Below are positions 61,263 through 64,000 of a stretch of 64,000 nt of DNA, in pieces. The stretch comes from Prochlorococcus sp. AG-347-K17. GTDB lineage: Bacteria > Cyanobacteriota > Cyanobacteriia > PCC-6307 > Cyanobiaceae. The position numbers and the translations under genes were made by a program. The stretch's first letter is position 1. Every line of letters starts with the position of its first letter. The notes beneath the pieces are model-generated. The model saw nothing but the letters and a program-made list of their open reading frames with translations. It was not told where the DNA came from and searched no databases. The stretch spans positions 34,031-98,030 of the forward strand of contig QCCE01000003.1 in NCBI GenBank assembly GCA_003281385.1, given 5' to 3'.

Positions 61263-61502
61263 ATGTCACAAGAAATCCTCGATAAAGTCTGTTCTATTGT
61301 TTCAGAACAATTAAGTGTTGAAGCAGGAGAAGTAAAGTCAGATTCAAATTTCCAAAATGATTTAGGTGCAGATTCTCTTGATACCGTTGAACTCGTGATG
61401 GCTTTAGAAGAAGCATTTGATATTGAAATTCCTGATGAAGCAGCTGAAGGAATCGCAACTGTTGGCGATGCAGTAAAATTTATCGAAGAAAAAAAAGGTT
61501 AA
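61263..61502 (+). CDS. acpP: acyl carrier protein
   Basis: 79-aa acidic ORF with the phosphopantetheine attachment motif [12 protein letters not shown]. Confidence 0.97.
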   Translation: MSQEILDKVCSIVSEQLSVEAGEVKSDSNFQNDLGADSLDTVELVMALEEAFDIEIPDEAAEGIATVGDAVKFIEEKKG

Positions 61503-61509
61503 TTAAAGA

Positions 61510-62754
61510 ATGCCAAATTTCCATCGAGTAGTTATTACTGGTATCGGAGCAGTAACTCCAATTGGTAATAACATTGATGAATATTTAGTCGGTCTTCAAA
61601 AAGGTACTAATGGGGTCTCAGATATTTCTCTCTTTGATCCTGAACAACATCCCTGCAAATTTGCTGCAGAAGTAAAGAATCTTCAATCTGAAAATTTTAT
61701 TGAAGCTAAAGAATCCAAAAGATGGGATCGTTTCTCCCAGTTTGGAGTTATTGCTGCTAAACAAGCCTTCAATGATTCTGGACTTGAAATTACTGAAGCT
61801 AATGCGTCAAGAATTGGAGTGATTATTGGTTCTGGTGTTGGAGGCTTATTAACTATGGAAAGTCAAGCTCAAATTTTGAGTTATAAAGGACCTAAAAGAG
61901 TAAGTCCATTTACAGTCCCAATGATGATTCCAAATATGGCAACTGGATTAGCTGCCATCGCTTTGGGTGCAAAAGGACCAAGTTCTTCTGTTTCAACCGC
62001 TTGCGCTGCAGGCTCAAATGCAATTGGTGATTCTTTTAGATTACTTCAACTTGGAAAAGCAGATGCAATGATCTGTGGAGGAGCGGAAGCAAGTATTACA
62101 CCTCTTGGAGTAGCTGGTTTTGCCAGTGCCAAAGCTCTTTCTTTCAGAAATGACAGTCCTCAAACTGCTAGCAGACCTTTTGATGCAGAAAGAGATGGAT
62201 TTGTTATTGGAGAGGGATCTGGAATTCTTGTTTTAGAAACTTTAGAAAATGCACAAAAAAGAAATGCAAGAATTTATGCAGAAATAATTGGATATGGAAC
62301 AACATGTGATGCTCATCATATTACTGCTCCATCTCCAGGGGGAGTTGGAGGCGCCCAAGCTATCAAATTAGCCATTGAAGATGCTTGTCTTAGCCTTGAA
62401 AAAGTTGATTACATAAATGCTCATGGAACAAGTACATCAGCTAATGATAAAAATGAAACTTCTGCAATTAAATCTATTTTTAGAGACAGATCTTACCTCA
62501 TTCCTGTAAGCTCTACTAAGTCGATGACTGGTCATCTCCTAGGAGGCTCAGGAGGTATAGAAGCTGTAGCTTGTATACTTTCTTTGACACATAATTTCAT
62601 CCCTCCTACAATTAACTACGTCAATCCAGATCCTGAATGTGATCTTGATTATGTACCAAATAATGCAAGAGAAGCTCAATTAGGAGTTGCTCTTTCTAAT
62701 TCTTTCGGCTTTGGTGGTCACAATGTTTGCCTTGCTTTCAGCAAAATGAATTAA
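61510..62754 (+). CDS. fabF: 3-oxoacyl-ACP synthase II
   Basis: 414-aa ORF with active-site Cys ([14 protein letters not shown]), the HGTSTSAND and [11 protein letters not shown] blocks, and the C-terminal FGFGGHN. Confidence 0.96.
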   Translation: MPNFHRVVITGIGAVTPIGNNIDEYLVGLQKGTNGVSDISLFDPEQHPCKFAAEVKNLQSENFIEAKESKRWDRFSQFGVIAAKQAFNDSGLEITEANASRIGVIIGSGVGGLLTMESQAQILSYKGPKRVSPFTVPMMIPNMATGLAAIALGAKGPSSSVSTACAAGSNAIGDSFRLLQLGKADAMICGGAEASITPLGVAGFASAKALSFRNDSPQTASRPFDAERDGFVIGEGSGILVLETLENAQKRNARIYAEIIGYGTTCDAHHITAPSPGGVGGAQAIKLAIEDACLSLEKVDYINAHGTSTSANDKNETSAIKSIFRDRSYLIPVSSTKSMTGHLLGGSGGIEAVACILSLTHNFIPPTINYVNPDPECDLDYVPNNAREAQLGVALSNSFGFGGHNVCLAFSKMN

Positions 62755-62797
62755 AGACAACCAATTTTGTATTTCAAACTTAACTTATTTTAAAACA

Positions 62798-64000
62798 ATG
62801 GTCGCTGCATCTGTTTCATTAGAATCACTTTGTGTAAATAGTATAAGAATGCTTGCTGTAGATGCAGTAAATAAATCTAATAGTGGACATCCTGGATTGC
62901 CAATGGGATGTGCTCCTATGGGTTATGCATTATGGCAAAACATACTTAATCACAACCCCAATAACCCAAAATGGTTCAATAGAGACCGTTTTGTATTATC
63001 AGCTGGTCATGGCTGTATGCTTTTATATTCTTTACTTCATTTGACAGGATACAAATCAGTTTCTATAGAAGATATTAAACAATTTAGGCAATGGGGATCA
63101 AAAACTCCTGGACATCCAGAAACATTCGAAACCGAAGGTGTTGAAGTTACAGCTGGTCCTCTTGGAGCAGGAATTTCAAATGCAGTTGGTTTGGCAATAG
63201 CTGAAACTCACTTAGCAGCTAAATTTAATAAGCCTGATTGCAATATCGTTGATCACTTTACTTACGTAATAATGGGTGACGGCTGTAATCAAGAAGGTAT
63301 CGCATCAGAGGCCTGTTCCTTAGCAGGTCATCTTAAACTTGGAAAATTAATTGCACTTTATGACGATAATCAAATTACAATTGATGGGCGAACCGACGTT
63401 TCTTTCACTGAGGATGTTCTAAAAAGATACGAAGCTTATGGATGGCATGTACAACATGTCGAAAATGGTAATCATGATATTAAAGGAATAACTGAAGCTA
63501 TTGAGAAAGCGAAATTAATTACAGATAAGCCCTCGATTATTAAAATTTCTACAACCATAGGTTATGGTTCTCCCAATAAATCAGACACTGCTGGGATTCA
63601 TGGAGCAGCTGTTGGAGAAGAAGAAGCTGCATTAACTAGAGAGTTTCTAAATTGGGAATATCCTCCATTTGAAATACCAGATGAAGTATATGCGCATTTT
63701 AGAAAATCAATAAACAAAGGCGAAAACTTAGAAAAAGAATGGGATTCTAAATTTGTAGAATATCAAAAAAAATATCCCTCTGAAGGAGCCGAGTTAAATA
63801 GAATGTTAAAAGGCCAATTACCTGATAATTGGGACTCTGATCTTCCCTCCTATACACCTATTGATAAAGGGTTAGCCACCAGAAAGCATTCACAAATATG
63901 TTTAGGTGCTTTAGGTCCTAACCTACCTGAATTAATTGGTGGATCAGCAGATTTAACTCACTCTAACTATACAGATATCAAGGGAGAAACTGGATCGTTC
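62798..64000 (+). CDS. tkt: transketolase, N-terminal about 400 aa (runs off the window end)
   Basis: My translation from the ATG at 62798 gives [41 protein letters not shown], later GDGCNQEG (ThDP motif). The frame is open to position 64000, and it is absent from the ORF track because no stop lies in the window. Confidence 0.93.
   Translation, partial: MVAASVSLESLCVNSIRMLAVDAVNKSNSGHPGLPMGCAPMGYALWQNILNHNPNNPKWFNRDRFVLSAGHGCMLLYSLLHLTGYKSVSIEDIKQFRQWGSKTPGHPETFETEGVEVTAGPLGAGISNAVGLAIAETHLAAKFNKPDCNIVDHFTYVIMGDGCNQEGIASEACSLAGHLKLGKLIALYDDNQITIDGRTDVSFTEDVLKRYEAYGWHVQHVENGNHDIKGITEAIEKAKLITDKPSIIKISTTIGYGSPNKSDTAGIHGAAVGEEEAALTREFLNWEYPPFEIPDEVYAHFRKSINKGENLEKEWDSKFVEYQKKYPSEGAELNRMLKGQLPDNWDSDLPSYTPIDKGLATRKHSQICLGALGPNLPELIGGSADLTHSNYTDIKGETGSF

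Overview
The window is visibly AT-rich, densely packed (mostly 0-100 nt intergenic spacers) and has clearly cyanobacterial gene content: psaC, psaD, ndhN, ndhS, ldpA, a CAAD/CurT-like protein, and ho1-pebA-pebB without phycobilisome genes. I infer a core chromosome segment of a high-light-adapted Prochlorococcus marinus-type picocyanobacterium.

Contents:
- Positions 1-10193, minus strand: the large ribosomal-protein operon, rplC through rplO, then secY and adk.
- The rest is housekeeping genes: ndhN, ldpA, recA, tyrA, moeB, speD, recF, ppc, gshA, trpE, psaD, hemF, purM, panC-cmk, ho1/pebA/pebB, icd, glgP, rnc, rimM, glmS, psaC, acpP, fabF, tkt.
- RNA genes: four tRNAs (Gln-UUG, Arg-CCG, Cys-GCA, Arg-CCU) and RNase P RNA.
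- I saw no rRNA, CRISPR array, transposase, integrase or recognisable defence system.

The only accessory-looking stretch is about 830 bp downstream of tRNA-Cys (39469-40300). It holds a decayed second copy of the tRNA 3' end, six copies of an iteron-like TGGTAGGTGAAT motif, an orphan 50-codon ORF, and an adjacent small Cys-rich ORF.

Other points worth a second look:
- recF and an LpxB-related gene both lack a canonical start codon where homology says they should begin.
- A near-perfect LexA box lies upstream of recA.
- One protein is an internally duplicated CobO-like adenosyltransferase.
- rnpB sits about 25 nt upstream of rnc.
- A mrp-SEDS-histidine kinase unit has abutting or overlapping genes, and the kinase has degenerate ATP-lid motifs.

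I do not see convincing evidence for a large undescribed multi-gene system here. All homology calls come from reading the supplied translations by eye, not from database searches.
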